Source of the DNA: Chiloscyllium plagiosum | Lineage: Eukaryota | Assembly (NCBI RefSeq): GCF_004010195.1 | Contig: NC_057719.1 | Coordinates: 77,915,929 to 77,979,928, forward strand | Reading direction: 5' to 3' | Length of the DNA stretch: 64,000 nt | Shown here: in pieces, positions 12,875 through 26,200 of the stretch | How positions within the stretch are numbered: position 1 is the stretch's first letter | Layout: every line of letters begins with the position of its first letter | The notes under the pieces: generated by a model | The model's input: only the letters and a program-made list of their open reading frames with translations | Told to the model about the DNA's origin: nothing | The model's database searches: none | Translations under genes and position numbers: made by a program

Positions 12875-13128
12875 CAATTTAACCTGTTGGACTATAACGT
12901 TTAAGAGGCATTTGGATGGGTATATGAATAGGAAGGGTTTGGAGGGATATGGGCCAGGTGCTGGCAGGCGGGGCTAGATTGGGTTGGGATTTCTGGTCGG
13001 CATGGACGGGTTGGACCGAAGGGTCTGTTTTCATGCTGTACATCTCTATGACTGTATGACTCGATAACCTGGTGTTGTGATTTTTAACTTTGTACACCCC
13101 AGTCCAACATCAGCATCTCCAAATCGTG
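12836..13128 (+). mobile_element. PLE family B solo 3' end, interrupted by a CR1 3' end (12899-13063)
   Basis: ...ggactataac|CR1 tail|ataacctggtgttgtgatttttaactttgtacaccccagtccaac; ataac duplicated. Confidence 0.85.
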
Positions 13129-15002
13129 ACGAGCATCCATTGTGTAATGCCAGTTAACGAGGTGAGGAACATCTGTTATGTAATGCCAGATGGCTTAATC
13201 TTTAGTATTGATGCTCACTGATTTGTAATGGTCACCCAATCAATATTGATGTTGCCTTATTTGGATGCTGCTCCCCGTAAGTGACTATATAATTCCTTAA
13301 GAATCTGTTGTTTGCGAGAAGACCGAGAACCTGTGTCTTTGTGTCTCTGTGCGATCGTTGTCTCCCAGGGCTCGGAATAAAGATGAAAGTAGAGCCATAC
13401 TGTTTGCTTCGACTGATACAGAAACAATACGACACCATTTATAGAAGCATTGACTTTTTCCTAGAGTATATCTCAATCTTTGATATATTGGACACAATAT
13501 CTGCATGTTGAGAGTAACTGTCAGCAGTTGATTCAGAAGTGGAGGACAACTTAGCTATGGCTGATTTTTTTTTTTTGTTTCTTAATCTATCTGTCATTTA
13601 GAATTTTTCAGCACATGCCATCATTTGATTTGATTAAGTGCAGTAGTCATCTGTTTTGCCCCTTCTACCAGCATCAAAAATTAGCCCAGATTGAATATGT
13701 AGTATTCCAGACATATGTACTGGTTTAAAACCTCCACACTGTAGCAGCCTTCTTAGTACTAACTAAAATCACCTGTGTTCACATCACTGCATTCGATACA
13801 GAATATTTTATATTAGAATGTTGCTGTCGTCATACAGTCATATTTATCTTTCCTGCATTCACCATAATAAATGTGATTTTTATTTTCTCCTTCCTTCCTG
13901 TCCTATTTCTTTTTCTACCCCCCACTCTCCTGTGAAGTTGCCCACTGAAATGTAGAGCTAAGAACAAATAATCTAATTTGCCAATAATCTAATTGTCAGC
14001 TCTTTGCATGAGTATCAGCAAGCTATCCACATATGGAGCAATTTGCCTGAATCCAATTTGTCTTCCCTCAGTGTCAGTAAGTTTTCAGCAGGCATAATAC
14101 TGCAGATTAAGGTATTAAAAATATGTTTCTTCATCCTTTCCCAGGGTCACCAAAGCCAATGCTTGGCCTTTACTGCTAACTCTGCATAGACCAGATTGTT
14201 GAACCTTGGTCCGTATGACTCTGTGCCACTTTATTCTGAATGTGAAAGTGTTTGTTCCAATGTGGATGCGGAAATGTAATTCAACTAAAAGGAAATTCTA
14301 AAGATCAAATCTTGCAAGGCAATTTATTGAACTGTCATCCTAGACAATTGTGATCATGGTTGTGGGCAATGCATCTGGATGACTATCTCTAAAACGGATA
14401 TATCATGTAATAGATACTGTTACTTGAATTGATTTTTTTTTAAGATCTGGTGTCACAAATTATGCTTCGGTATGTAGACCGGTATGTTTCAATTCTCTGC
14501 CCTCTTTCTCCCCCTCCAGAAAAGCTTAAAATGGTATAAGGAACTTAAAGATTTAGGCTTACCTATTTTACCTAAAGGTTTACTGAGTTGGTGATTATTG
14601 GTGATTACTGAGTAGATTATTGTAACTCAGCGTTCGTGCTTGTTGCAATAAATCCTTTAGACTGGGATATTTTTAAAAAAACATTGTTCGAAGTAGTAAC
14701 AGATAATGATTGAAATGGTCATCATGTCAGGCTGCATGTATTCGGAGAGACTTGGAAATACTATTCTAGTTTGATGACCATACAACAGGACAAGGTATCT
14801 TCTCTACAAATAACGTTCCCAACTCTGAGAAGGATTGGATCTAAAAAGTGTGTTTTTTCGAGCAGTTTTTTCTCATTTGTGTGCTGAATCTGAATGATAA
14901 TAATCTAGCTGTCATAGGAGAATGAATACATTTTTAAAGTTAATTCATCCGCATCTCGTTCACCAAGTTTTTTTTTTGTCTCACTGCTCACCTCATAGAA
15001 GC

Positions 15003-15130
15003 CATGATGTGCAGGAGCCAGTGTTGGCCTGGAGAGGACACAGTTAAAAATTGCACAACATCAGGTTATAGTCCAACAGACTCATTTGGAAGCTTTATTT
15101 GTCCAGTCCAACACCAACTCTGCCACATTA
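15003..15130 (-). mobile_element. Decayed PLE family B terminal fragment with a short inverted end
   Basis: gttaaaaattgcacaacatcaggttatagtccaacag followed by ccagtccaacacc. Confidence 0.6.
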
Positions 15131-15589
15131 TGGTTACCATCAACACCACTAACTGCTGACTCAAAGTGGAGAGGGTCTCCAAGAAGATTGCGCAATTGAC
15201 GCAAGAGTATCTAGTGATTTATGTGACATAGAGTTTGCTTTTCTTCACATCAAGGTTTGAATCTAGTGCTTAATCAAGGGGGCTTTTAGATATCCAGCAA
15301 TAGCAGAGTATCTTTCAAGTTGAATAAGCAGCCATTCTCATTGAAATATTCTCACCGATAAGGTAGGACATTAAATGAATTGAATGCTTCACTTTTAACT
15401 TTGAACTTTAAGATTAAAAATTAAAATATATTTTAAAAGTTTAAAAAGAAATTTTAAATTATTTTGTTCAATGAAAAAGAAGTTATTTAACATATCCCAC
15501 TTTCACTGAAATGGTTAAGCAGTAATTATGTATACTTTTAGAAGTCCAGTTGCAACTTATTCAACAAGAGTTATTTTTTTTCCCAAGTG

Positions 15590-15925
15590 GATAGGATAAA
15601 TAGACAAGGTCTTTTCCATGAGGTGAGGTAATCCAGAACTAGAGGTCATAGGTTTAGGGTGAGAGATGAAAAATTTAAAAGGGACCTCGGGGGCAACTTT
15701 TTCATGCAGAGGGCGATGCGTGTATGTAATGAGCTGCCAGAAGAAGTGGTAGAGGCCGGTACTATTACAACATTTAAAAAACATCTGGATGGGTATATGA
15801 ATAGGAAGGGTTTAGAGGGATGTGGGCTAAATGCTGGCAAATGGGGCACGATTAGGTTGGAATATCTGGCTGGCATGGACGAGTTGGACCAAAGGTCTGT
15901 GTCCATACTGTACATCTCTATGACT
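15590..15925 (+). mobile_element. CR1 LINE 3' end
   Basis: [42 protein letters not shown] plus the shared 3' UTR. Confidence 0.88.
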
Positions 15926-16939
15926 TTGTGTTTTTACAATCAGACGAATTGCATAGAACTGAAAGTTCTCAGCAGTTCAGTGATTTTGAATTTGTACTTT
16001 TAGAGACCTCAACATTATAACTTCAGATGAAGAGTAGAATTATTGACAGCTTTTCTGGATTTCTGTGTTTAATTGCCGTGCACACTACAGAGGGGAGTCA
16101 CTTTGAGAGGAGTATTGACAGTTTCAGTTATTGGTGTAAAATAGAGGTTTTATTCTTTCCACTTATTTGTTTTTCCCATCCTTCATCCAACTGGTAGATT
16201 TGTATGAGGTGAATCAACATTTTTAGCTTTGCACAATGCAAAATCTTACATTGTACATCGTGGGCTCCAGCAAGTTAGACTGTTTTATATCACTTCTGAT
16301 TATCAGTTCCATCGAGGTCAATCAAAAAAGATGAAAACAGCTTGCCAGTCTGCTGTCGTCCACCTTTCTCTATTGCACAATATTTAAAATTAACTCCATC
16401 CAGAGCAGAGATTTTAACTATTTTTTACTTCCTGTGGGGGTGACATTACACAAAATCGAAGGTTCTCTACTTCCCTGTCAACAATGACCCTCTACTTAAC
16501 CCAAGTAGATGCAATTGATTGAAGTCAGTAGTATTCCTCTGAGTGGGAAGCAACAATGATGTTATCGGTGATGAGGCATCTTTAAAATGAGCCCATTATT
16601 GTAAAATGTAGTATGCTAATCCAGCAGAGAGACAATACATAATCTTATGTATTTTTGTAATATGTCTAAGATGAATTAAAGGTTTTGTTCAGTTTTGTTG
16701 GGAATTATTCGGAAAATGTATCTATCAAAGCTATTTAGAGAAATTAGGTTACTGAATAAAAATCGTTGCTGTGATGGAGTTTTTTAATACCCACAAAACT
16801 TGAACAGATTTATCAGCTAGGTCATTCCTAATTGCCATTTAAGGAGCTAGTGATGAATTCCTTTTTGAATTGTTGCCTGCCTTGATGTAGGGGCACACCC
16901 GTGTTGCAAAGGAAGTTCCGGAATTTTAACCCAGTATTT

Positions 16940-17660
16940 TGTTGATTGGTAGGAAAAGTGGCAAAAGGAATATAATTTGGAGAAGTACAACACATTTCAG
17001 GAGACAAACAGATCTAGGGAACAGGGCTGATAGGAGTTCTGAAGGATAGTGGAATCAAGATATCTTGAAGTTCATGTCCACAGGTCCATGATAGCAGTTC
17101 AGGAAGAACTGTATAAAGCTTTTATGTTAGACCACAGCTTGAATTTTGTGTGCATTTCTTGTCTGTGCAAGGACATAATTGCCCTGGAGTGAGTACAAAG
17201 AAGATTAACAAGAATGGTGCCACGGCTTGAAAATTACAGCTGAGGCAGGAAAGATTGGGGTACAGTCAGGTTGTGTTTCTTAGCACAGAGGAGCTGTGGG
17301 GTGGGGTGGTGGGGGGGGGGGGGGCGGAACTCAACATCCATAATTATGAGAGGCAGAGAATTGAGAGGAAAGACCTATTTTCCCTTGTGACAATGTCAAT
17401 TATTAGGGAGCATGGATTCAAGGTGATTTGCAGAGGAGCCATGATAAAAAATTCTCTTTTGCTCAGATGGTGATTGGCTGGAATTTGCTGTCAAGTTTAA
17501 TGTTAGAGGCAGAAGCCTTCAACTCATTTAAAAGGTAGCTCAATCTGCACCAGAAAAGCAGTAACCTGCAAGGTTGCAAACCAAATGTTAGACGGTGGGA
17601 TTAGAATTGGTAGCGAATTTTCTTTCAACTGGCACAGGCATGATGGGCTGACTGGCCTCC
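16940..17660 (+). mobile_element. Decayed CR1 LINE 3' region
   Basis: gttagaccacagcttgaattttgtgtgcatttc... and 3' UTR ggcacaggcatgatgggctgactggcctcc. Confidence 0.6.
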
Positions 17661-17689
17661 TGTGCCATATGGCATCGGTGGCAACAAGA

Positions 17690-18360
17690 GAAGGAATGCC
17701 AGTATTGTCCTAAGAGTAAGTAGTGCATGCCTTCAAGGGGAATTTGCAATTGATGACGCATGGAATTGCCTATTTTCCCTTCTTCTCAGTAGTAGAAGTT
17801 ACAGCTGTAGAATGTTTTGTGGAGGAGCGTTGGAATATTGCTGCAGTACAATGTGTAGATTGTACGTACTGCTGTTATTGTGCATTAGTGGTGGAAGTTG
17901 TGACTGTTTAAGGTGATGAATGAGGTGTTGAATGGTTGGACTGCTTTTTCCTGGGTGCTGGTCCACCCATTCAAGAATGTGGACAGCATTCCATCACACT
18001 GCTGACTTGTGCCTCATAGATGGTGGACAGGCTTTGTCGAGTCAGACTTTCCTAACCTCTGACCTGTTGTTGTAACCAGAGTTTTCACATGGATGGTTCA
18101 GTTTTATTTCAGGTCATTGGTAACCCAAGAAAGTTGATTGTGGAGGATTCCGTGATGGTAATGATTTTGAATACCAAGCAGAAATATTTAAATTCTCAGT
18201 GTTGGAGATATCATTAACCGTCATTTGTTGACACTTTATATGCCATGTATTAAGCCTGCCCTGGATGTTGTCCAGGTCTTGGTGCATATAGGACTGGACT
18301 GCTTCAGTAACTGAGGAATGATGAATAGTGTTTAACCAAATAAAATCATTAGCAAACATG
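17690..18360 (-). mobile_element. Decayed non-LTR RT fragment (CR1-like)
   Basis: ORF 18114..18359 MFANDF...MHQDLDNIQG resembles FADD...QDLD RT motifs. Confidence 0.6.
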
Positions 18361-18420
18361 CCAACTTTTGGCTTCCTTCCTCACTGTCTGCCCTCTCTGC
18401 TAGGTATGTCTGATGAGGTG

Positions 18421-18740
18421 AGATTTAGATGAGATTCTCTGCAGTATAGAAACTGGCCCTTTGGCCCAACAAGTCCATACCAACTTTCCAAAGAATAACC
18501 CACCCTGACCCTATATTTACCCCTGATGAATTCACCCAACACTATGGGCAATTTAGCATGGCTAAGTCACCTGACCTGCACATCTTTGAATTGTGGGAGC
18601 AAACTGGAGCACCCGATGGAAACCCACGTAGACACAGGGAGAATGTGCAAACTCCACACAGGCAGTCACCCGAAGCGGGAATCGAACCTGGGTCCCTGAC
18701 GCTGTGATGCAGCAGTGCTAACCACTGACTCACTGTGCCA
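18421..18740 (-). mobile_element. V-SINE (HE1-like)
   Basis: Same head, V-domain and tail as the other copies. Confidence 0.88.
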
Positions 18741-20157
18741 TCTGTGGTCGATAAATGGGTGAGGACAATGGTATGTCCTTGTTGAGTCCTTCACTATCTG
18801 CTGAAGGTCCAGTCAAAAGGTAGTTGACAGTCATCTACATTGCTTTGGGTCTGGAATCATATACCAGCCAGACCAAGTCGATTTCTTTCCTTAAAGACCA
18901 CGAGTGAACACAACTTTTTGTAATTAACAGTTTGATCAACGATGATAACAATTTATATTTAAAAGTACTTTTTTAGATTGGAAAAACATCCCAAGAAACT
19001 TCAGAGAGATACAACTATAAAATTATTGTTAGACTTTTAATTCCAGCTTCATTAAAGTTCCACCAACAAGAATGCATTTGTTTGCACATCTGGTATGAAT
19101 TTCTAAGTGCTGTCTTTCATACCTTTGATAAGACTCATTGTGATTAATGAAAAAGAATGGTTTGAGCTGGGATGGAGCACGAAGTAGTGAATTGGAATCA
19201 TAGAATTGTACAGCAGAAAAAAAAGAATGCCATTAAGTATCTCATGTTGTCTCTTTTTACACAGTATCCAATTAATCCCATTTCTCCGACTCTTTCCCAC
19301 TCCTGCAAATATCTCCAGATCTTAATATAATATATGAGGTGAGGGGGATAAAAATAAATTGCTTTGAAAGAAATAAATATCAATAAAGTTGGGTAATAAC
19401 ATTGCAACATCAGTACTGCGCTGTAAGAGCTGTACTCTCCGTAAAAACAAATCTCTCTGACCAGACTTTTGATCTTATCATAAATTTCCATTTTTATGGT
19501 TGCATCTCTCTGAAGTATCTTGGGATGGTTTTTGGTTCTAAAAGATGCTACGAAATGTGAATTGTTATTGTCATGACCAAACAATAGTAGCGGCACTAAA
19601 GGTAAATTACGGCAACTTTACAACAGAAGAATTCTTCATCCAGTGTGACCAGGTGCATTATGGGGAGTGGAAACAGTGATGTATCTTCTTTATTTCCTCT
19701 TTAGTGGTTACCTCATTAATTTCAGACCAAATAATTTAGCAATACTTTCATCCTTCATTCTAAAGACTGTGAAAGTAAAGGAAATGTTGAATTTTGTTGT
19801 AAATTTCAGTTATTTAACATACAAGCAGTAGGGCATCAATATATTGTGCTAAGTGAAATGGTCCATGGGTTTCCATTTCAATTTCCCAACCTTGGACAGC
19901 ATAAAGAATGTGAAGCAATGGTTAATCAATAGCAACAGTCAAGTTTTATCTATCGTTCAACACAGTTATTATTTAGAACTTTAAATTTTAAGCTGAACTT
20001 AATATGATTCTCGATATAATTGTGCATTAGAAACAGAAGTTCCTTGTAATGTCAGTTATGATTGTAGCCCAATGAATATTTGACTATTTCTGGATTTTGA
20101 TTTCATTAGAAATATTGGTGAAACTGATTATTTTATTGATGTTAAATAATTTCTCAG

Positions 20158-20288
20158 AACATTCAAATTATTTTGGAGTGGATGAAAATCTGGGTCCTGT
20201 GGCAGTGAGCATTCGACGAGAAAGGCTGGAAGACAATAAAGATCATGGAGCTCAGTACAACTACCGGATCATCCTTCGAACTAGTGAG
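20158..20288 (+). CDS. SIPA1L1: SIPA1L1 coding exon (start of RapGAP region): (E)[43 protein letters not shown]
   Basis: ttctcag|AAC acceptor, GAG|gtgaga donor; 131 nt, phase 1 to 0. Confidence 0.92.
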
Positions 20289-23200
20289 GTGAGATTATTA
20301 AACCTATTTGTGTCTGACTCAGTAACTGTTTAGTAGCATCAATTTTAAAAGTGCTCATTGAAAATGCCACAAGTCCCAAATACTACATGGATGTATCTAT
20401 ATATTTAAATGATACTGTTATTGTCCTTGATTTATTTTTATTTTAAGAAGGATTTCCATCTATATAGCGCCATCTCACATTTCACCCAACTTGAAGAACA
20501 TATTGTACAATTAATTACTTAGACAAGTAGTGAATATTCAGCAGGAATAAGTAGCAGTCATTTTCCTTCCACCACAGGCAACCAAATGTTGACACCAGTT
20601 ACTACTATCTCTTGTAATTTTGATTGAAGGATGGATTGGTAAATGGACATTCTTGCGCATTCCTTGCTGTTTATTCAGATAGTGCTACATGATGCTCAAT
20701 ATTGACTTTTAGCTGCAAAACATGTAGACTGGCCTTGCATATAATACCTCATCTAAACCACAGCATCTTCAACAATGCAACACACCCACACTCTGGCATT
20801 GCAGTTTTGGTCTAGATTATGTATTGGAAGTCCTCAAGTCAGCTTGAACCTTCTGAGGTGTGCACAGTTTACTAAGTCTGGGTGACAGTGATATTATTTT
20901 GGCTTGCTGCAAATAGCCTCTAATTCCAAATGTCAGTATCCAGCTGGAACGCAACCCTGTCATTTAAACAAGTGATTGAATGTTGAACACTTGCTAGCAA
21001 GGTTTATGCTAGCCAATAATTATAAACAAAGCACAAGAGCAAAAGAGGACTTGAATCACACCAGTAAGTATACTGCTATCTCCTGTGATAGCATTTGGGG
21101 GTATGCAGTAACTTAAATGAAGACACTGCCCATTTTGAAAGGTCTACTACTGAGATAATGCAATGTTTCACTACTATTACACGTTGGCTTTGGAAATTCT
21201 GTAAAACGAGGCTGAAACATTCTCTCTCCAACCCCCTCCCTCTCAGTCGACCTGTGATTTATAACTTATTCTAATTTGTAATTACTAAATCAGTGGTGTT
21301 TTATAATCAGCCGAGTCTTTTTTCAGCAAGTGATTTGTTTTCCAAACTGCCTGTTCCACTTTGCAATTTATTGTTTTCTACTGTCTGTTGATGCTAAGAA
21401 ACTTAAGGATATCACCTGTCAGAAAGTCACTAATAAACATCTCCTGGACTAACATTTGATATGATCAATTTTAATTGAAAGTTGTGGAAAACCGAATCCT
21501 CTGAGGTTTATATTTTTCTTTCTGAAATATTTGCGTTACATATTTTAACGCAGAGTATCATTCACACAGATGAAATATTTGATTATTGTAGTAAGTACAA
21601 CACGAACAGTTGGGCCAAGTATCATCTTTTGCATCCTCCACACTGATTCAGAAAAGCTACTTTATAATATGAGTGTGACTGAAATAGTGGTGTATCATCA
21701 AGTTGAGAAAAATATTCTGAAGTTAGTTGAATTAGGGAATTGAAGAAAAAGAACAAGTTCAAGGTGCATATTGAACTGCTGCATGATATGGAAACTGACT
21801 TACAAACGTACAAACAAGGGCCAAGAGTAGGCCACTCAGCCCTTCAATATGTTCCACTATTCATAGAATTGTAGGACTTTACAATACAGAAGTTGATCAT
21901 TCAGTCATGTCTGTACATGCTCCCAAAAGTCCTACCCAGCTAATCCCACTCTGAAGCTCTATCTCTGTAGCTTCCTAACTTTATCACTTGCAAATATATA
22001 AACCACTTGTGCAATTTTCCTCTACCACTCTCTCAGGCAGCACATTTCAAATCAGAATAACTGAGTAAAGTAGTTTCTCTTCAACTCGCTCGTCGCTCTC
22101 TCGCTGACACCCTTGGAATTGTAACCCTTAGTTACTGACATACCAACTAAGGAAACACAATATCCTCCTTGTTCATAATTTTAAACACTTCAGTAAGGTC
22201 ACCTCTTAACCTTTGCTCCAAGGAGAATAAACCAAATCTCTAATCTTTTCCTTTATCTAAAATTCTTAATTTATAGTATCATTCTGGTAAATCTCATTTG
22301 AACACTCTCCAGGGCTTTAACATCCTTCCTTAAATAAGGTGCCCACGTAACATATTGCTCCAAATGAGGTCTGATCAGTGATTTATAGAGGCGTAGCATC
22401 ACTTCTTTGCTTTTATACTCTATGCCTCTATTTATAAACCCAATGATCCTATAAGCGGCCTTAAGAACTGTTTCAATTTGCTGGCAACCTACAGAAAAAC
22501 ATCCATGTGAGCCCTGAGGCCTCTCTGCTCCTGTACTCCCCTCAAAGTTGTAACATTGAACCTGTCTTGCCTTTCTGCGTTTCTTCTACCAAAATGCATG
22601 ACCTCACATTTCTCTGCTTTGAAATCCATTTGCCAGGTGTCTGCCCATTTGGCCAATTTGTTAATGCCCCTCTCAAGTCATTCGGCATCATCGTTACAAT
22701 TCACTTTCTCCCTAGCTAGGAGCATCTGCAAATTTAGAGATTTTGCCCTTAAAACTCATTTCCAAATCATTTATATAAATCAGAAAAAGCAGAGCTCCCA
22801 ATACTGATCCCTAGGGAATACTACTTCTAAGTCTTTTCCAATCTGAGAAGTGCCCATCTATTACTATTCTCTGTTTTCTATCTTTAACCAACTTCTAATC
22901 CATGCTACCAAGGACGCATCAATCCCAAATATTTCTAATTTGCTAATCAGCCTCGGGCATGGCACTATATCAAATGCTCTCAAAGTCCAAATATGCAACA
23001 AACACAGCACTACCCTTATCCACTGTCTGTGTCACCATGTCAAGGAACTTGATTAAATTTGTCAGACGTTATCTGCCCTTGACAAAGCCATGTTAACTGT
23101 CTAGTATTAACTAATTTTCTGTAAGTGCATATTTATATTATCCTGTATTATGGTCTCGATCAAGCTGACAGGTCTGTTAGTTTCTTGGATTATCTTTTGT

Positions 23201-26200
23201 CCCTTTCATTAAAATAATATTGTTCTTTTTTTTTCCTCAAAAGGCAATCTGCTCATTCTAGGGATTAGTCTAGGAATCTTTCTCTGAACTGCTTCCAACA
23301 TATTAACACCTTCCATAAGTATCGAAAGGTGTGGAGTTGGAAAAGCGCAGGTAGTCAGGCTGCATTCGAGGAGCAGGAGAGTTGACATTTCGAGCACAAG
23401 CTGTTCAGCTATTCCTGATGAAGAGCTTATGCTTGAAATGTCGACTCTCCTGCTGCTTGAATGCTGCCTGACTGCCTGTGCTTTTCCAGCACTGCACATT
23501 TTGACTCTGGTCTCCAGCATCTGCAGTCGCCACTTTCTCCTAGTTGATTATAACCTTCCATAAGTATGGTGAACAATACTGTAAACCACAAAGACCCAGT
23601 TTGATAAACTTGTTGCACTCGCCAATAGACCAAGCCAGCAACTAGAAGGGCGGAGTCAACAAGGATGACTGTAACTCAGGGCCAGCCTGGAAAGGAAGGA
23701 AGGGAGGGTTCCAGGCAAGAATCGTACTATCTAAATAATGAAAGAGATCTGGGTATCCTGGCACGTGAATCACAGAACATTAGCATGCAGGTATAGCAAG
23801 TAATCAGGAGGGCTAACAAAATGTTATAGCTTAGATTAAATTCCCAACAGTGTGGAAACAAGCACATTGGTCCAACAAAGAGGGTGGAGCAGATAGGTGG
23901 GAAGGAAGATTGGCAGGTAGGACAGGTCATGAGGATGGTGCTGAGCTGCTCAGTCTGGGGACAATTAAACAAATGGATGGAAGAGAATGCAGGGGTGGAC
24001 TCTGTAACTATCCCTTTGTCCTTACATTTAATCCTGTCTTTCCTGCATTCCACACCCCAGAAAATGCAAAGGCAAAAGGCCTTTTGTTGTGCCTTGGATT
24101 TCCCATGATGATTAGATTCACTCAATTGTCTTTAGAAGCTGGTAGCTTCTGGCCTCTGTCAACCTCTAGTGAGCTATGGTATTACTACTGAGGCCTGCTC
24201 ACTGAACTTTGTTAGTCAGCAACTGAGCTGATAGATGTTTGATATAGTGTGCTGTCTTAGCATTGGGGTTGGTCACATCTGACGCTCATACTTAGAAAAA
24301 GCGAAAATTGCAGCCCAAAACCAGGTTCCAATTCAGATTCCAAAACTGACTGCACTGCTGAAACATAGCTTTCAAAATCATGTATAATTTAAAATGGAAA
24401 CATAAAAACTTATCATGTTCCACATTTTATTCACTACTTACATCCTCTACCCCAAAAGTGATGGCTTCTTCCTGGCAAATGGTACTAAACTGAACAATCA
24501 CCTTTTAGTTCATCAATTGCGTATCTACTACTTTTGGATGAACCATTACATTGTTTGCAGCTTACTTGACTTGCTGATCTGCCATAAAAATGAAATTTAG
24601 AACAAATTTCTGACCAGAAGTAGGAACTCTGAATGATATTTCTTATCCCTCAAATAAATCTTTTGAGAACCCCTTAAATGCAGTACTGGCTGAGATATCC
24701 AACTCAACTCAAACCGTGAATCTCATCAGGCAGCTTGGTCACTGTAATGCAGCTGTTCGTTGGATAAATTTGCTAAGACTTTGGTGAGTGCAGCAACATT
24801 AAATTTCTTTTGTTATTACTTTCCCAGCTTACAACCTTAAGAGGTTCTGTGTTGGAAGATGCAGTTCCTTCAACTGCGAAGCATGGCACAGCTAGAGGTT
24901 TACCTCTGAAAGAAGTACTTGAATTTGCTGTACCAGAGCTCAGTGTTCATTGTCTCAGATTGGGCCTGAACACCCCTAAAGTTACAGAGCAGCTTATGAA
25001 ACTGGACGAACAAGGGGTGAGTGTTCATCTCTAGTTAATCCTGCTTTCTTTGGAATTTTAAAAAAAATCAATAACATGGATGGGTTTCTTAGTTCAAATA
25101 GATCAGTAAACTTCACGTGGTCAGGAAGGAGAAATTGCATTCAAAGTGAGAGACAGCCTGAGTGGGAATTTAGAGGTCGCAGGGGAATCACTGCTATGGG
25201 GAAGAGGTCATTTTTGCTTGGTTTTTTTGCCTCATTGTTAGTAAAGTTTTATCTAACAGGATAGTTTAAAATCCGGAATCAGAGGCTCAGCACAAAAGAG
25301 TGACATCACAGATGAATCTGGTTGCAATATCTACTAATTTGATTATCTATTATAGGTTACCTTCAGATTAAGGTAAATAAGAGAGCTATTTTTAGACTAC
25401 AAACTAAAAGAGCAGTGCTATATTTTTATGAATCAAATTAAGAACTAAATACTTAAAATAGAGATGCTGGGCGAGGTGATATATTGTATCTGCATGATGT
25501 GGTAGCTGTGGGACTCTATTATGGTTCATAATGACCATATCTGTTGCAAATGTTGATTGCTTAAGCAACTCTGGCTCAGAGTTGATGAGGTAGAGTCTGA
25601 GCTTTGAATAATCCAGCACATCAGAGAAAGGGAGAGTTACCTGGATGCTGTGTTCCAGGACCCAGTCACACTTCTCAGATTAACTACCTCAGATTCAGTC
25701 AGTAGTAGTCATGGACAGGACAGTGTAATTATAAGCGAGGCAGGTAAAGGGATCCATGAGGTAGTGCAGAAGGAGCCTCAGCCTTGTCTAACTTGTCTAA
25801 CAAGTTTGAGATTCTTGCTTTCTGTGTGGATGTGGGTGGGGGCAGGAGGGAGCATGAGTTAACCAACCATTGTACAGGTATCTGTTCAATAACCGGGGAA
25901 ACAAAACAAATGTAGTTGTAATCAAGCTAGTATAGTCAGGAGAACAGGCACTGTTTTCTGTGGCCAAGATCAAGAGTCCCAAAGGCTGTTCCCAGATTCA
26001 GGATAGACATCTGAGCTGCAAAGGAACTTGAAAGTGGGAAGGGAAAGATCCATTTGCCGTGGTCCAGGTGCATACCAGTGATATAGCTAGGGAGAGGAAA
26101 CAGATTCTGCTGAAGGAATATAAGTAGCTGGAGACCAAATTAAAAAGCAGAAGCCACAGGTGACAATCTCTGGATTATGATCTGAGCCACTAGCAAAGTG

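Noticed and set aside
12783..13190. CRISPR-like 36-bp repeats
   Set aside because: Units are directly tandem with no unique spacers, there are no cas genes, and the context is a vertebrate intron.
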